A stretch of 64,000 bases of DNA. It comes from a virus (taxonomy: Duplodnaviria; Caudoviricetes). The notes under the pieces were generated by a model. That model searched no databases, was not told where the DNA came from, and was given only the letters and a program-made list of their open reading frames with translations. The position numbers and the translations under genes are program-made. Shown here piece by piece: positions 62,912 through 64,000 of this stretch; the first letter of the stretch is position 1; each line of letters starts with the position of its first letter. The DNA is taken from the IMG/VR virus record IMGVR_UViG_3300011116_001007; one strand, written 5' to 3'.

Positions 62912-63699
62912 GTGATCCAGTGCTGATAGAAATTGTCAGCTATGATCTGTTGCCCAGCCGGGCTGGAATGATAACCTGGATCCTCACCTTCAAACGGATT
63001 GTTACCGCAGATGGCCTGCAGTGATTCGTTCAAGTTGATATAATGATCGGGTATGATAGCAGGAAATGCATCTCGCCATAGCGACTGATTGTCTGGGTCA
63101 AATGGCCACAACAAGTTTGGTAGCACTATGAACTTTATGCCATCCAGGAACATCATGAGTATGCCTTCCCGTATGATCCATTCATCTTGTTGTTTTTTCC
63201 ACGCATTGTCATAAATGCTGTCAATCCAATGTCTGATACCTATTTGAGCTTGCTTGGTTATGCGACCCATTCGATACGGATGCTCGTAATTTTCGGCCAA
63301 GGTGAATATGGTTTCACATATCATGTTTGACGATTCTGTGCCGTAGTTGACATTGCGTATGCCATCTTCTCTACGATAGCCATTGCCTAGTTTTCTATTT
63401 TGAAGATGTTGCTCCAATGGAGGATTTTCTCCTGTGCTTGGTGCTCGGTTCCAGTCATACGGTGCAGAGTCAGCAGGTATTTCCATACGGTCCCAGAACG
63501 TGGGGCCAATGATGGCTAGATCTGGCCGTTGCCGACGAATCTCATCTATCTGTATGCGTATGCCGCCGTTGCTGCAACCTTGGCGTGCTAGATTTACTAG
63601 ATCCCATCCTAGTTTCTGCGCCAATCGTTCGCTCCAGGCTGTGCCTGGTAATGTTTTACTCACAGCACTGAAGCTGCATCCTGCTACCATTAGTTTCAT
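62899..63699 (-). CDS. SGNH-like protein
   Basis: AGCSFS, NLARQGCSN, DPGYHS. Confidence 0.7.
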   Translation of the reverse strand: MKLMVAGCSFSAVSKTLPGTAWSERLAQKLGWDLVNLARQGCSNGGIRIQIDEIRRQRPDLAIIGPTFWDRMEIPADSAPYDWNRAPSTGENPPLEQHLQNRKLGNGYRREDGIRNVNYGTESSNMICETIFTLAENYEHPYRMGRITKQAQIGIRHWIDSIYDNAWKKQQDEWIIREGILMMFLDGIKFIVLPNLLWPFDPDNQSLWRDAFPAIIPDHYINLNESLQAICGNNPFEGEDPGYHSSPAGQQIIADNFYQHWITHFK

Positions 63700-63998
63700 G
63701 GTGATATCTCCTGTTGTGGTTCTGTGTAACTGTTTTTGTGCTCGGCCACGTGAAAGCCTGCAATAATGTTGCCATGACATGGCAATTCGTCTAGACTGTA
63801 TGTTCCTGGTGCCACTCTCAATGTTGTTGTGCCTTGCCCGTGCGGCGCAAATGTCACTAGATTGCAATGGCGTCGAACGCTGTCATGCACCAGTTGGTGA
63901 TGTATGTGACCATAGTCACCGTGTTGATCATGTGTGAGAACCAGCGCATATTGTTTGGCCAGTTCCCAACATTTGACCAGGGCCGATTGGTGATCCCA
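63696..63998 (-). CDS. PIG-L-like deacetylase (partial, runs off window end)
   Basis: Hand-translated LTHDQHGDYGHIHH motif. Confidence 0.7.
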   Translation of the reverse strand, partial: WDHQSALVKCWELAKQYALVLTHDQHGDYGHIHHQLVHDSVRRHCNLVTFAPHGQGTTTLRVAPGTYSLDELPCHGNIIAGFHVAEHKNSYTEPQQEISP

Positions 63999-64000
63999 CC

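Noticed and set aside
1-64000. TAG or TGA reassignment of the genome
   Set aside because: Long conserved genes read intact in code 11, and all three stops are used at tightly coupled gene junctions

Overview
A 64-kb segment of a large tailed dsDNA phage (jumbo/T4-like), almost entirely minus strand; the only convincing plus-strand genes are at 59.9-62.9 kb. No tools were run: products come from recognised motifs and RNA folds were worked out by hand. Layout: sugar-nucleotide genes and thyX (0-5 kb); short promoter-gene cassettes with a MoxR/VWA pair and an RNAP omega homologue (6-12 kb); an RNA-dense island (11.9-26.7 kb); RNase H, then a 7-deazaguanine DNA-modification cluster (queE, queD, folE, DpdA2/TGT-like) interleaved with glycosyltransferases, a methyltransferase and a B12 radical SAM enzyme (28-48 kb); clamp and PolB (48-53 kb); putative internal head proteins and Dps (55-59.9 kb). 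The RNA island holds about 33 conventional tRNAs covering all 20 amino acids, several atypical tRNAs, a two-piece tmRNA, a probable GOLLD RNA with an embedded tRNA and several repeated unexplained RNA families. Best novelty candidates: (1) two leaderless leader-peptide/antiterminator/terminator units ahead of tRNA arrays, which look like translation-sensing attenuators; (2) five copies of a long stem with a mismatch always at position 9, enclosing different cargo and in three cases pairing with the upstream CCA end; (3) a duplicated ~200-nt T-loop-containing RNA; (4) CCA-tailed minihelices. No CRISPR array, transposase or integrase was recognised.
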